From: an uncultured bacterium | GTDB lineage: Bacteria; DYJV01 | Assembly (NCBI GenBank): GCA_964543655.1 | Contig: CAZIZE010000026.1 | Span: 1-51,543, forward strand | DNA: 51,543 nt | Reading direction: 5' to 3' | In this document: positions 38,348 to 50,529 of the stretch, one piece after another | How the letters are laid out: each line of letters begins with the position of its first letter | Numbering within the stretch: the first letter of the stretch is position 1 | Position numbers and translations under genes: made by a program | Notes under the pieces: generated by a model | Told to the model about the DNA's origin: nothing | The model's database searches: none | What the model saw: only the letters and a program-made list of their open reading frames with translations

Positions 38348-39625
38348 TTATTTTTGTAACAGGGTTTTTATATAATTGATTGTTGTTTTAAGTGCTCCTT
38401 TATTATTTTCCAAAATTTTATAACCGTTATTAGCAATGATTTCTCTATACTTTTGGTCTGTTATTAATTTTTCTAATTCTCTTTTTAAAGAATTTTCATC
38501 ATCAACCAATATTACACCATTAATTTCATAAAGTTGTGAATATATTTCTTTGAAGTTAAAAATATTTTTACCTGACACAACAGGCTTTTTAAAATAAATT
38601 GCTTCAATTGGATTGTGACCACCACGTAAAATTAAACTACCGCCTATAAAGCATATTTTTGATATAGCATACGCTTTAATTAATACTCCAAGCTTATCAA
38701 TTAATAAAATTTTGGAGCTTTTATTAACTGAATTTTCAGAAAATAGATTAAAGTTAATTTTTTTGTTTTTTACTAATTTAACAATTTCATCTATTCTATC
38801 AATGTGACGTGGTGCAATAATTAGGAATAAATTTTTATATTTATCTGATAATTTCTGAAAAATATCTAAAATAATTTCCTCTTCATTATTATGAGTTGAA
38901 CCAGCAGTAATAATAAAACAATCCCTTTTATTTTCCATTGAAAAGTCTTTAAAAATAGTATCATAATTAGAAATATTAATTTGGAAGTCAAATTTTATAT
39001 TTTTTGAAATTTTTATTTTTTTTCTATCAACCCCAATTAAAAGCAGTCTTTCAGCTGTATCATCATCTTGACATAGAAAAAAATTAGCTTTATTCAAAAC
39101 ATTTTTGAAAAAGAACTTAAATTTTAAATAATTTTTAATTGAATTATCTGAGATTCTACAATTAAAAACAAGAATAGGAATATTTTTTTTATTGGTAAAG
39201 TAGAATAGATTTGGCCAGAATTCTGTTTCTGCTATTAAAACTATTTTGGGTTTTACAACTTTTAAGAATCTTTTTATTAATATAGAAAAATCGAAAGGCA
39301 TGAAAGTCACATAATCATAAATAGTTGAGTTATATGCTGTTTCATAACCAGTATGTGTCATAACTGTTATTAAAAATTTATAATCTGGAAGATATTTTTT
39401 TAAAGGTTTCACAAGAATCGAAGAAACATTTACTTCTCCAACAGAAGAAGCATGTATCCATATAATATTATTGTTTTTTAATGATTTTACAAAAGATTTG
39501 TCAAATAAGGTGAATCTTTCTTTTAGACCAAATTTTAAATTTTTATGTGTAAAAATTTTAAAAAAAATAATAGGGAGAAATAATATGGTTGCTACAAAAA
39601 TTAAAATATTGTATAAAATTATCAT
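38348..39625 (-). CDS. waaA: 3-deoxy-D-manno-octulosonic acid transferase
   Basis: WIHASSVGE, ETEFWPN, NIKFD, GSTH..EE, APRH, GGHNPIE; start 39625 or 39637 (the ORF track extension overlaps mreB). Confidence 0.92.
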   Translation of the reverse strand: MIILYNILIFVATILFLPIIFFKIFTHKNLKFGLKERFTLFDKSFVKSLKNNNIIWIHASSVGEVNVSSILVKPLKKYLPDYKFLITVMTHTGYETAYNSTIYDYVTFMPFDFSILIKRFLKVVKPKIVLIAETEFWPNLFYFTNKKNIPILVFNCRISDNSIKNYLKFKFFFKNVLNKANFFLCQDDDTAERLLLIGVDRKKIKISKNIKFDFQINISNYDTIFKDFSMENKRDCFIITAGSTHNNEEEIILDIFQKLSDKYKNLFLIIAPRHIDRIDEIVKLVKNKKINFNLFSENSVNKSSKILLIDKLGVLIKAYAISKICFIGGSLILRGGHNPIEAIYFKKPVVSGKNIFNFKEIYSQLYEINGVILVDDENSLKRELEKLITDQKYREIIANNGYKILENNKGALKTTINYIKTLLQK

Positions 39626-39704
39626 ACTCAAAATCATATACAATAAAATTAAAAAATTTTCAAATTTTAATAATTGCTTAAATAAGAAATTTAATATATA
39701 GTAA

Positions 39705-40768
<1,064 letters not shown>

Positions 40769-40769
<1 letters not shown>

Positions 40770-41554
40770 TGAATAAAAACAAGTTATTGGTAGTTTTATT
40801 CTCATTGAATTTTTTTATTTTTTTTTATGGATTATACAATGAAGTTAGAATAAATTTTGGAGAGCAATTTCTTTACTCAATTAGTAAGCCATTTCTGCTG
40901 TTCAATTATTATGTAACATCTCTTTCAACTTCTTTTAAAAATAAATTAAAAACTAATATTGAAATAAGAGAGGAACTTGACAAATTAAAAAAGGAAAATC
41001 TGAAATTAAAAGAAAAATTAATTCAATTCAAAAGTTTAGAAAAAGATAGTTTAAATCTTAAAAAGATCTTAAGTGTAGATAATTTTTTTGAATTTAAAAA
41101 AATTAATGCAAAAGTAATAGGGGGCAGTAATGCTCTATATCAATCTTTTGTTATAGTTGATAAAGGGGAAAACTTTAATTTGCAAAATGGAATAGGAGTT
41201 ATTAATAGTGATGGAGTTGTTGGTTTAATTGTAGAAACTTTTGTCACTTCTTCAAAGATTTTATTGCTCACAGATCCGTTATTCCAAATAGATGTTGTAT
41301 TACCTTCTTCAATGCAACATGGGATATTAACTGGAAATAATGAAGATTGTATAGTAAAGTTTCTGCCAAACAATAAAATATATAGAAAAGGAGAGCTTGT
41401 AGTTACATCAGGATTAAACTACATTTTCCCATATGGTATTCCAGTTGGCTTTGTATATAAAATAGTAAAAAAGCCACTCTACACTGAAGCTATTGTGAAG
41501 CCATTTATTAAAAAATATTCTTTGGATTATGTTGTTTTGTTAAGGAAAAAGTAA
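40769..41554 (+). CDS. mreC: Rod shape-determining protein MreC
   Basis: TM plus coiled coil, VDKG, GVVG, VTSG...FP.GIPVG; position after mreB. Confidence 0.9.
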
Positions 41555-41556
41555 CA

Positions 41557-42063
41557 ATGCAGAATATTAGGATTTTTTTATATTTATTATTTGTTTCTTT
41601 CATAATTTTGGTTCTGCAAAATACAATTTTTAGCTTAAAATTTTTTGCCAATATAAAACCAGAGCTTTTTACTTTATTAATAGTTAATTATGCATTTTAT
41701 GAAAAAAACAAATTAAGGGGTTATGCATATTCATCTTTTGTGGGCTTTTTGGAAGATATTTTAACTAATCAGATATTTGGGTTAAATATTTTCCTAAAAT
41801 CACTTATTTTCTTAATAGTTTTTGTATTAAAAGAAAAGTTGTTTTCAAATAGTTTTATTTTTAAATGCTTTACTGGCATAATTTTTAACCAGTTGGAATT
41901 CTGGTTTATATATGGATTAACTTCCATTTTTTCAATATCTATATTCTTACCATTTAATGATAATTTCGTTAATTATTCCCTTTTCTACATATTAATCACT
42001 CCAATTTTTTTATACTTTATTAATAAAATAGAAAAAAGATTTTTAACAAAAAATGAAAGTTAA
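41557..42063 (+). CDS. mreD: Rod shape-determining protein MreD
   Basis: Hydrophobic, KPEL, GFLED...G; between mreC and mrdA. Confidence 0.8.
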   Translation: MQNIRIFLYLLFVSFIILVLQNTIFSLKFFANIKPELFTLLIVNYAFYEKNKLRGYAYSSFVGFLEDILTNQIFGLNIFLKSLIFLIVFVLKEKLFSNSFIFKCFTGIIFNQLEFWFIYGLTSIFSISIFLPFNDNFVNYSLFYILITPIFLYFINKIEKRFLTKNES

Positions 42064-43876
42064 AACAGATAATATATTTAGAGGTAGTAAAAAATATAGT
42101 GTATTAATATTTGTTATACTATTTTTTTCATTGTGCCTTATTTTAAGAATGACTTATCTTCAAATAATAAAAGGGAACTATTTCTACTCTTTATCAGAAA
42201 AAAATAGGATTAGAAGCAAGAGAATTCCCCCATTGAGAGGGAATATTTATGATACAAATATGAATATATTAGCTACAAATAGGCCTGGATTTAGCCTCTA
42301 TTTAAATAGAAATGATATTAAAAATAATGGTTATAAGGTTAGTGATATTGTCAATATTCTCTCAAAATTAATAAATATAAAGAAAAGCAATGTTGAAAAT
42401 ATTTTGAAAAAATTTAGAAACTATCCAAAGTTTATTCCTGTAAAAATTAAATCAAATATTGATTATAAAACTTTATCTAAAATAAAGAGCTTTTCATATT
42501 TTTTAGTAGGTGTAAATGTTAATTTTGATCCAATTCGATATTATCCTTATAAAAATTTCTTTTCCCATGTTGTAGGTTATGTTTTAGAAGCAGATAAAAA
42601 TGATATAAAAAGGTATAAAAATTTAATGCCAGGTGATTATGTTGGAAAAACAGGTATTGAAAAAGAATATAATAAAATTTTAATAGGCAAAAGTGGTAAA
42701 AAACTTGTGGAAATAGATGCAAGAGGAAAGGAGTTAAAAGTATTATCTGTTGAGCAGCCTCAAAATGGCTACAGTCTTGTTTTGAGTTTAAGAAAAGATT
42801 TACAGGAGTATGCTTATAATTTATTAAAAGGGAAATCAGGTGCTATAATAGCAGTTAATCCAAACAATGGAAAAGTATTATGTATGGCGTCTTCTCCATC
42901 TTTTGACCCCAATATGTTTGCAAAAGGTATTAGCCAGAAGGAATGGCTAAGTCTAATTAAAAATCCAAAACATCCTTTATCTAACAAAGGTATTTCAGGG
43001 TTGTATCCACCTGGTTCTACTTTTAAAGTTGTAACAGCACTTGCAGCATTGCTCAATCATGTAATTAAAGTTGATGATATAGTTAAGTGTTATGGCAGTT
43101 ATAGAGTTGGCAATACTGTTTATAGATGCTGGAAAAAGTATGGTCATGGAGATGTTAATATAATTAGAGCAATTAAAGAGTCATGTGATGTGTTTTTTTA
43201 TGATGTTGGAATGAGAGTTGGTATAGATAATATTCATAAAGTTGCTTCTATGTTTGGGCTGGGATATAGAACTGGTATTGATCTACCAGGGGAGCAAAGT
43301 GGACTTATACCATCAAAAGAATGGAAACTTAGAACGTATAAAATGCCATGGTATCCAGGGGAAACTCCGCCAGTTGCAATTGGACAGGGGTATACACTTG
43401 TAACACCACTCCAGATTTTAATGCTTTATAGCACAATTGCTAATGGAGGCACTTTATATCAACCAGAAATTGTAGATAAAATTATAGATGATAATGGAAA
43501 AATTATAGAATCTATTAAACCATTGGTGATTAGAAAATTGAATATTCCTAAAAAAATTTTAAATGTTATTAAATTGGGTTTAAAAAAGGTTGTTAATGAG
43601 CCACATGGTACAGCATATTCAAAGAGAATTGAAGGGTTTGAATATTCGGGTAAAACAGGGACAGCTCAAGTAAGGAAACTGGGTGCCAAAAGAATTAAAG
43701 ATATTGAAAAAATTCCTTATAGTGAAAGAGATCATGCATGGTTTGTTGCATATGCTCCTTCTGATAAACCTCAGTTTGCTGTGGTAGTTTTAATAGAACA
43801 TGGTGGTCATGGAGGCAGTGCAGCAGCCCCGCTTGCAAGGGATATGATAAAATTTTATTTTAAAATTAAAAATTAA
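42053..43876 (+). CDS. mrdA: Penicillin-binding protein 2
   Basis: RGNIYD, PGSTFK (SxxK), SCD, KTGTAQ, DHAWF. Confidence 0.95.
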   Translation: MKVKTDNIFRGSKKYSVLIFVILFFSLCLILRMTYLQIIKGNYFYSLSEKNRIRSKRIPPLRGNIYDTNMNILATNRPGFSLYLNRNDIKNNGYKVSDIVNILSKLINIKKSNVENILKKFRNYPKFIPVKIKSNIDYKTLSKIKSFSYFLVGVNVNFDPIRYYPYKNFFSHVVGYVLEADKNDIKRYKNLMPGDYVGKTGIEKEYNKILIGKSGKKLVEIDARGKELKVLSVEQPQNGYSLVLSLRKDLQEYAYNLLKGKSGAIIAVNPNNGKVLCMASSPSFDPNMFAKGISQKEWLSLIKNPKHPLSNKGISGLYPPGSTFKVVTALAALLNHVIKVDDIVKCYGSYRVGNTVYRCWKKYGHGDVNIIRAIKESCDVFFYDVGMRVGIDNIHKVASMFGLGYRTGIDLPGEQSGLIPSKEWKLRTYKMPWYPGETPPVAIGQGYTLVTPLQILMLYSTIANGGTLYQPEIVDKIIDDNGKIIESIKPLVIRKLNIPKKILNVIKLGLKKVVNEPHGTAYSKRIEGFEYSGKTGTAQVRKLGAKRIKDIEKIPYSERDHAWFVAYAPSDKPQFAVVVLIEHGGHGGSAAAPLARDMIKFYFKIKN

Positions 43877-43956
43877 AGTTTACGGAAACTGTTGACATAT
43901 TTTTTTTTTAATAGTAATAAATTTTAAGTTAATAATCTTAAATATGGAGGTATTGT

Positions 43957-45636
43957 ATGTTTGATTCTGAAAAGCTCAATAAAATAAAAGAGGAAAAAGA
44001 ACGTTGGGAGCAAACAACTTACAAAAAATCAGTAGAAAAGGTGCCTGAAAGGTTAAAAAGCTTTACTACAGTTTCAGATCAACCTATTAACAAATTATAC
44101 ACCCCAGATGATATTAAAGATTTTGATTATTTTAAGGATTTAGGTTTTCCTGGTGAGTTCCCTTATACAAGAGGTGTGCAGCCTACAATGTATAGGGGTA
44201 GATTATGGACAATGAGACAATTTGCAGGATTAGGCACAGCTGAAGACACCAACCAAAGATTTAAATATTTAATTGAGCATGGTGAGACAGGATTAAGCAC
44301 AGCATTTGATATGCCTACTCTAATGGGATATGATTCAGATAGCCCAATGAGTAGAGGAGAGGTTGGCAAATGTGGTGTTGCAATTGATACATTAAAAGAT
44401 ATGGAAATTTTATTTGATGGTATTGATCTCTCAAAAGTTACAACATCTATGACAATTAATCCACCAGCTTCTATTTTATTAGCAATGTATATTTGTGTTG
44501 CTGAAAAGCAAGGTGTTGGAATGGATAAAATTGGCGGTACAATTCAGAATGATATGTTAAAAGAGTTCATTGCACAAAAAACTTTTATGTTACCTCCTGA
44601 GCCTTCTATTAAATTAATTGTTGATACAGTAGAATTTTGTACTAATCATGTTCCAAGATGGAATACAATTAGTATTAGTGGTTACCATATTAGAGAAGCT
44701 GGTTCTACTGCTGTGCAGGAATTAGCTTTTACATTAGCTGATGGGATAGGGTATGTTCAAGCATGTATTGATAGAGGTATGGATGTTGATAGTTTTGCTC
44801 CAAGATTGTCTTTCTTCTTCAATTCACATATTGACTTTTTTGAAGAAATAGCAAAATTCAGAGCAGCAAGGAGAATCTGGGCAAGAGTTATGAAAGAAAG
44901 GTTTAAAGCTAAGAATCCAAAATCATGGATGTTAAGGTTTCATACTCAGACTGCTGGTTGCTCATTAACAGCACAGCAACCTTACAATAATGTTGTGAGA
45001 ACAGCGTTTGAAGGTTTGGCTGCTGTTTTAGGTGGTACACAGTCTCTCCATACTAATTCTCTTGATGAAGTTCTTGCATTACCAACAGAACATTCAGTTA
45101 CAATTGCTTTAAGGACTCAGCAAATTATAGCAGAAGAGATAGGAGTTACCAATACAATAGATCCCCTTGCAGGTTCATATTTTGTTGAAGCTCTTACCAA
45201 CAAAATGGAGCAAGCTGCTATGGATTACATTAATAAAATAGATGAGCTTGGTGGTATTTTAAAAGCTATTGAGCTTGGTTTCCCACAGCAAGAGATTGCT
45301 GATGCAGCTTATAGATACCAGCAGCAAATAGATTCACAGGAGAAAATAGTAGTTGGTGTTAATAAATATGTTAGAGGTGCTGAACCACCAATTGAAATTT
45401 TGAGAATAGACCCAGAAGTTGAAAAAAGACAGATGGAGCGGCTTAAAAAAGTTAAAGAGGAAAGAGACAATGTTAAAGTAAAGGATAGATTGGGCAAATT
45501 AAAAGATGCAGCAAAGAGAGACGAGAATTTAATGCCTTATATTATTGATGCTGTGAGAGAATATGCTACTTTACAAGAGATTTGTGATGTTTTTAGAGAT
45601 GTGTATGGTGTTTTCAGAGATCCTGCGATGTTTTAA
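43957..45636 (+). CDS. icmA: B12-dependent acyl-CoA mutase large subunit with isobutyryl-CoA mutase signature
   Basis: WTMRQFAG (F89), [11 protein letters not shown] (Q207), [16 protein letters not shown]; no DxHxxG B12 domain. Confidence 0.8.
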   Translation: MFDSEKLNKIKEEKERWEQTTYKKSVEKVPERLKSFTTVSDQPINKLYTPDDIKDFDYFKDLGFPGEFPYTRGVQPTMYRGRLWTMRQFAGLGTAEDTNQRFKYLIEHGETGLSTAFDMPTLMGYDSDSPMSRGEVGKCGVAIDTLKDMEILFDGIDLSKVTTSMTINPPASILLAMYICVAEKQGVGMDKIGGTIQNDMLKEFIAQKTFMLPPEPSIKLIVDTVEFCTNHVPRWNTISISGYHIREAGSTAVQELAFTLADGIGYVQACIDRGMDVDSFAPRLSFFFNSHIDFFEEIAKFRAARRIWARVMKERFKAKNPKSWMLRFHTQTAGCSLTAQQPYNNVVRTAFEGLAAVLGGTQSLHTNSLDEVLALPTEHSVTIALRTQQIIAEEIGVTNTIDPLAGSYFVEALTNKMEQAAMDYINKIDELGGILKAIELGFPQQEIADAAYRYQQQIDSQEKIVVGVNKYVRGAEPPIEILRIDPEVEKRQMERLKKVKEERDNVKVKDRLGKLKDAAKRDENLMPYIIDAVREYATLQEICDVFRDVYGVFRDPAMF

Positions 45637-45653
45637 TCCAAATTTAATTAATC

Positions 45654-45680
45654 AGGTATCAGGATTTTCCTGATGCCTTT
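45654..45680 (+). terminator. Intrinsic terminator after the mutase gene
   Basis: AGGTATCAGGA-TTT-TCCTGATGCCT then TT. Confidence 0.7.
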
Positions 45681-45714
45681 ATCTTTAAAAATTCAGATAT
45701 AGGTTAATTTTTTT

Positions 45715-46434
45715 ATGATTCCATTAAAAGATACCATTCCACATAGGCATACACCTTTTATAACATATCTGCTGATTATTGTTAATGTTTTGATTTTTTT
45801 TTATGAGTTATCACTTCCTCCTCATTCATTAAATATATTATTGTATACTTTTGGGCTTGTCCCGGCGAGGTATTCTCATCCTCAATGGGCAACATTTTTG
45901 GGGTTGCATTTTGATAATTATTGGCCATTTTTTACCTGTATGTTTTTGCATGGTGGGTGGTTTCATATTATCAGTAATATGTGGTGTTTGTGGTTGTTTG
46001 GAGATAATGTAGAGGATAAGTTTGGCCATTTTGGTTTTTTAATTTTCTATATTATTTGTGGACTTATTGCAAGTTTTACTCACTACTATTTTAATTCTAA
46101 TTCAACAGTTCCAGTAATTGGAGCATCAGGGGCAATTGCTGGTGTAATGGGAGCATATTTTGTAATGTTTCCACGGTCACGTATCCTTACACTTATACCT
46201 ATATTTTTTCTACCATTTTTTATAGAAATACCTGCTGTAATTTTTTTAGGATTCTGGTTTTTATCACAGCTTTTTTCAGGTACTTATATGCTTTTTGCTT
46301 CTTCTCATGTAGCAAGTATTGCATGGTGGGCACATATTGGTGGTTTTGTTGCAGGTATGATTTTGCAAAAGTTGTTTAAAAATGAGCATAGAGATTATTT
46401 CGCTGATGAATATTATTATTACAATTTTCATTAA
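45715..46434 (+). CDS. Rhomboid intramembrane serine protease
   Basis: MIPLKD, FLHGGWFHIISNM, GASG, AHIGG. Confidence 0.92.
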   Translation: MIPLKDTIPHRHTPFITYLLIIVNVLIFFYELSLPPHSLNILLYTFGLVPARYSHPQWATFLGLHFDNYWPFFTCMFLHGGWFHIISNMWCLWLFGDNVEDKFGHFGFLIFYIICGLIASFTHYYFNSNSTVPVIGASGAIAGVMGAYFVMFPRSRILTLIPIFFLPFFIEIPAVIFLGFWFLSQLFSGTYMLFASSHVASIAWWAHIGGFVAGMILQKLFKNEHRDYFADEYYYYNFH

Positions 46435-46523
46435 TAAATTCATTTGACAATTTTTGTTTTTATATGTACATTGAGAAAGATAATGAAATGTTATAATTTT
46501 AAAAAGTTTTGAAGGAGGCATAA

Positions 46524-47351
46524 ATGAATGGTGGAGGATATGGATATGAAATGTTCTGGTTTTTTCTAATGATTATTGCCCTTCAGCCTGTAATTAAGCA
46601 GAGGATGATAGAATCATCAAGACAGAGATTAATAGCAAAAATAGAGAAAAAAAGAGGCTCAAGATTAATATTGCTTGTTCATAGACAAGAGACAATGAGT
46701 TTTTTAGGATTTCCATTTTATAAATATATTAACATTCAAGATTCAGAGGAAGTTTTGAGAGCTATTCAACTTACAGATGATGACGTGCCTATTGATTTAG
46801 TTTTACATACTCCAGGTGGTCTTGTTCTTGCATCTTTACAGATTGCACGTGCTTTAAAGAAGCATAAAGGTAAGGTTACAGTTTTTGTTCCTCATTATGC
46901 AATGAGTGGAGGTACTCTAATATCACTTGCTGCAGATGAGATTGTTATGAGTGAAAATGCAGTTCTTGGTCCAGTTGATCCCCAGCTTGGTGAATATCCA
47001 GCAGCGTCCTTAATTAAATTAAAGGATATAAAATCAATTGATAAGATAGATGATAAAACTTTAATTTTGTCTGATGTAGCAGAAAAGGCTATAAAACAGG
47101 TAGAAAAAGCTGTTTATGAACTTTTAGAGGGTAATTATGATAATGAAAAAGCCAAAGAGCTTTCCAAGCTTTTATCTACTGGTAAATGGACTCATGATTA
47201 TCCAATTACTTTTGATGAAGCTAAAGCACTTGGCTTTAAAGTTTCTGATAAAATGCCAGTTGAGATTATGCAGCTTATGAGTCTTTATCCTCAACCTGTT
47301 AGAAGGATGCCATCTGTTGAATATTTACCTATACCAAAGCATAAATCTTAG
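46524..47351 (+). CDS. SDH-family Clp-fold serine protease
   Basis: N-terminal TM, HTPGG, AMSGGT, GPVDPQ, WTHDYPI. Confidence 0.88.
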   Translation: MNGGGYGYEMFWFFLMIIALQPVIKQRMIESSRQRLIAKIEKKRGSRLILLVHRQETMSFLGFPFYKYINIQDSEEVLRAIQLTDDDVPIDLVLHTPGGLVLASLQIARALKKHKGKVTVFVPHYAMSGGTLISLAADEIVMSENAVLGPVDPQLGEYPAASLIKLKDIKSIDKIDDKTLILSDVAEKAIKQVEKAVYELLEGNYDNEKAKELSKLLSTGKWTHDYPITFDEAKALGFKVSDKMPVEIMQLMSLYPQPVRRMPSVEYLPIPKHKS

Positions 47352-48259
47352 AAAAATATTTTCATCCCAACCATAATAGATGGCAGTGACAAAGAAAGTG
47401 CTTTGGAAAGCTCAACATGAGCTGCAAAGCCGCAATATTTGCAATTAATTGTGCCTCGGTTTTTTATATAACAACCATGATTTATTGTACCATTTGGTTC
47501 TGCATTTATAAGCCCTTCAGGTTTACACTTCCAGGTATTATGTTTTAAGTTGTCAAGAGTAGAATATGAGTTTAATATTTTGTATCCATTTCTTTTCAAC
47601 TCTTTAAGTTTATTTAAGATTTTGATCCTTTTTTCCAATGGTAAGAAAAATTTAAAGTTATTCTCATAAGGATAATAAAATTGTATTGTAAAGCCATCTA
47701 CAAGGTTGTTCAATAATATTATTAACAGAGGTATTTCTCTGTAATTTTCAGTTGAAATGCATATATTTGCAAAGATTTTAGGTTTATTTCTAAAAAAACT
47801 TGAAAATTTTTTAAATTCTTTTAAATTGTTAACAACAGTTTTAAAGATACCTTTTCCTCTAATTTTGTCATGAGTTTTTTCAAGTCCATCAATGCTAACC
47901 CATATAGCATCAGCGTCAAAATCAAATCCATTAATGCCATTTGTTGTGAAATTTACACTTAAAAATTTTCTTTTAGCATATTTTAGAATATCATTAAAAG
48001 TATATTTTCCATCATTCCAAGAAGTTGGTTCACCACCTTCAAAAATAATTAGCTTTGCTCCACTACTACTCAATTGATTTAAAACTCTTTTTATTTCAGA
48101 AAATTTTGGGTTTTTATGGTTATTTATTTTCCAGAAGGGACAATGTTTACATTTAAGGTTACAATTATACGTAATTTTATAACCAGCAAGGAGAGGAGTT
48201 TTTTTTATATTAAAATTTATATAACTTAAAAATAATTTGGGAATGAATACTATTTTCAT
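47348..48259 (-). CDS. Radical SAM protein with C-terminal Cys cluster (HpnH/DUF3463-like)
   Basis: CNLKCKHC, GGEP, TNG, SIDG, C...GC...CKYCG. Confidence 0.8.
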   Translation of the reverse strand: MKIVFIPKLFLSYINFNIKKTPLLAGYKITYNCNLKCKHCPFWKINNHKNPKFSEIKRVLNQLSSSGAKLIIFEGGEPTSWNDGKYTFNDILKYAKRKFLSVNFTTNGINGFDFDADAIWVSIDGLEKTHDKIRGKGIFKTVVNNLKEFKKFSSFFRNKPKIFANICISTENYREIPLLIILLNNLVDGFTIQFYYPYENNFKFFLPLEKRIKILNKLKELKRNGYKILNSYSTLDNLKHNTWKCKPEGLINAEPNGTINHGCYIKNRGTINCKYCGFAAHVELSKALSLSLPSIMVGMKIFF

Positions 48260-48474
48260 TTAATCTCTGCTTAAAATATGTTCAATTTGAAAAAAATTAA
48301 AAGATATATACTTAAAAAAGATATTACTCACAGGTGAATTAACAGGTTATTAACAGTTTTTGTGAAATATCTATGAAAGTTGTTAAAATTAAAAGCAAAA
48401 ACATAACATATTGTAATTACAATATAAATCTCATTCAATAAAAATAATGATGCTGAAAAATTCACAGTTTTTAC

Positions 48475-49236
48475 CTAATTTTTACATTTTTCCCAATATT
48501 TGTCCATTTCCTCAAGATTGCTATTATAAATATCAATATTTTTTTCTATAAAATTGAATCGTTTTATAAATTTGTAATTGGTTTTTCTAAGAGCTTCCTC
48601 TGGATTTATTTTTAAAAATCTACAGAGATTAACTAACATAAAGAATAGATCTCCAATTTCTTCCTCAATGTTTTTCAAGTTGTTTTCTATTAATGCTTCT
48701 TCAAGCTCAGAAAATTCTTCATTTAGCTTTTCCAATATATTTGCAAGATTTGGCCAGTCAAACCCCACCTTTGCAGCTTTTTTGGTAAGCTTATAAGCTT
48801 TTGAAAGTTCAGGAAGGTGCTTTGGAACTCCATCAAGAATAGACCTGTTTTCCTTACCTTTTTCTAATTTTTTTATTTGTTCCCAATTTTTATTAATAAT
48901 ATCAATATCATCTGTTTTCAAATTACCAAACACATGGGGATGTCTTCTAATAATTTTTTCAATTATTTCTTTAAAAACATCTTCCTGTTTAAATAGATTA
49001 TCTTCTTCAGCTATAATTATTTGAAATAAAATATGAAGTAGAACATCTCCTAATTCTTCTTTGATTTTTTCAGAAGAGTTCTCATATATAGCATCAACTA
49101 ATTCATAAACCTCTTCTATAAATTGAGGAATTAGTGATTGAGAGGTTTGTGCTTTATCCCATGGGCAACCATCTGGTGCTCTTAATTTTTTTAAAATATT
49201 TTTTAATTCATTAAAATTGTAATTGTTTTTATCCAT
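48475..49236 (-). CDS. mazG: Nucleoside triphosphate pyrophosphohydrolase MazG
   Basis: GCPWD, EELGD, RRHPHVF, AAKVGFDW, EIGD. Confidence 0.95.
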   Translation of the reverse strand: MDKNNYNFNELKNILKKLRAPDGCPWDKAQTSQSLIPQFIEEVYELVDAIYENSSEKIKEELGDVLLHILFQIIIAEEDNLFKQEDVFKEIIEKIIRRHPHVFGNLKTDDIDIINKNWEQIKKLEKGKENRSILDGVPKHLPELSKAYKLTKKAAKVGFDWPNLANILEKLNEEFSELEEALIENNLKNIEEEIGDLFFMLVNLCRFLKINPEEALRKTNYKFIKRFNFIEKNIDIYNSNLEEMDKYWEKCKN

Positions 49237-49277
49237 AATTGCTCTTTATAGGAAAATAAAAATATTTTCAAGAATTA

Positions 49278-49307
49278 TTGACTAATATTGTTAAATATTG
49301 TATACAA
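49278..49307 (+). promoter_or_regulatory. sucCD promoter TTGACT-17-TATACA with overlapping TTGTATACAA operator
   Basis: -35 at 49278-49283; palindrome 49298-49307 covers the -10 position. Confidence 0.7.
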
Positions 49308-49344
49308 GATTTTAAAATAAAATATTTTATTTTGAGGAGGAAAT

Positions 49345-50505
49345 ATGAAAATTCATGAATATCAGGCAAAAGAAATTATTAAAAAATATGGTGCAGCAGT
49401 TCCTGAAAGTAGAGTTGTTTTTAGTCTTGATGAAGTGAAAAAAGCAGTTCGAGAATTAGGTGGTGGCACAGTTGTTGTAAAAGCACAGATTCATGCAGGT
49501 GGTAGAGGGAAAGCAGGTGGAGTTAAAGTGGTTAATGGAGAGGATGAAGCTTATGAAGCTGCAAAATCAATGCTTGGTAAAAAGTTAGTAACCCACCAGA
49601 CTGGAATAGAAGGTAAAGAAGTAAAGAGATTGCTTATTGAGCAAGGTGTTGAAATTAAAAAGGAGCTATATTTAGGTATGGTTGTTGATAGAAGTAAAAA
49701 TGCTATTGTAATTATGGCAAGTGAAGAGGGGGGTGTTGAAATAGAAGAAGTTGCTGCTAAAAGCCCTGAAAAAATTTTAAAAGAGTATGTAGATCTATGT
49801 GTTGGGCTAAGACCTTTTCAAGTAACAAAACTTGGATATAAATTAAATTTTGATAAAGCTTTGGTAAGAGATTTTAATAAATTTGTAACAGCACTTTATA
49901 ATGCTTTTGTTGACAATGATTGTTCTCTTGCAGAAATAAATCCATTGATTATTACAGGTGAAAATAAAATTATGGCTCTTGATGCAAAGATAAATTTTGA
50001 TGATAATGCGCTATTTAGACATAAAGATATTCAGGAGCTTAGAGATTTAAGTGAAGAAGAGCCTATGGAAATAGAAGCAAGCAAATTTAATTTAAGTTAT
50101 ATAAAACTTGATGGAAATGTTGGTTGCATGGTAAATGGTGCAGGGCTTGCAATGGCTACAATGGATATTATAAAATATGCTGGTGGAGAGCCTGCTAACT
50201 TCCTTGATGTTGGTGGAGGAGCTAATGTTGAAGCTGTGGCAAACGCATTTAGAATAATTTTAAATGATAAAAATGTTAAGGCTGTTTTAGTTAATATATT
50301 TGGTGGGATTGTTAGATGTGATAGAATAGCAAATGGGATTTTGGAAGCAACAAAAATGGTTGATATAAATGTTCCTGTTGTTATTAGATTAAAAGGGACA
50401 AATTCAGAAGAAGCAAGAAAAATAATAGATGATTCAGGGCTAAACTTTTACACTGCAGATAGTTTGAAAGAGGCTGCTGAAAAAGCAGTTGAACTTGCAA
50501 AATAA
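49345..50505 (+). CDS. sucC: Succinyl-CoA synthetase beta subunit
   Basis: [42 protein letters not shown]. Confidence 0.97.
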   Translation: MKIHEYQAKEIIKKYGAAVPESRVVFSLDEVKKAVRELGGGTVVVKAQIHAGGRGKAGGVKVVNGEDEAYEAAKSMLGKKLVTHQTGIEGKEVKRLLIEQGVEIKKELYLGMVVDRSKNAIVIMASEEGGVEIEEVAAKSPEKILKEYVDLCVGLRPFQVTKLGYKLNFDKALVRDFNKFVTALYNAFVDNDCSLAEINPLIITGENKIMALDAKINFDDNALFRHKDIQELRDLSEEEPMEIEASKFNLSYIKLDGNVGCMVNGAGLAMATMDIIKYAGGEPANFLDVGGGANVEAVANAFRIILNDKNVKAVLVNIFGGIVRCDRIANGILEATKMVDINVPVVIRLKGTNSEEARKIIDDSGLNFYTADSLKEAAEKAVELAK

Positions 50506-50529
50506 ATTTTTTAATAAAGGAGGAAATAT

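Noticed and set aside
48260-48474. Chromosomal origin oriC
   Set aside because: No perfect DnaA box and no dnaA/dnaN/gidA context; kept only as a low-interest motif cluster
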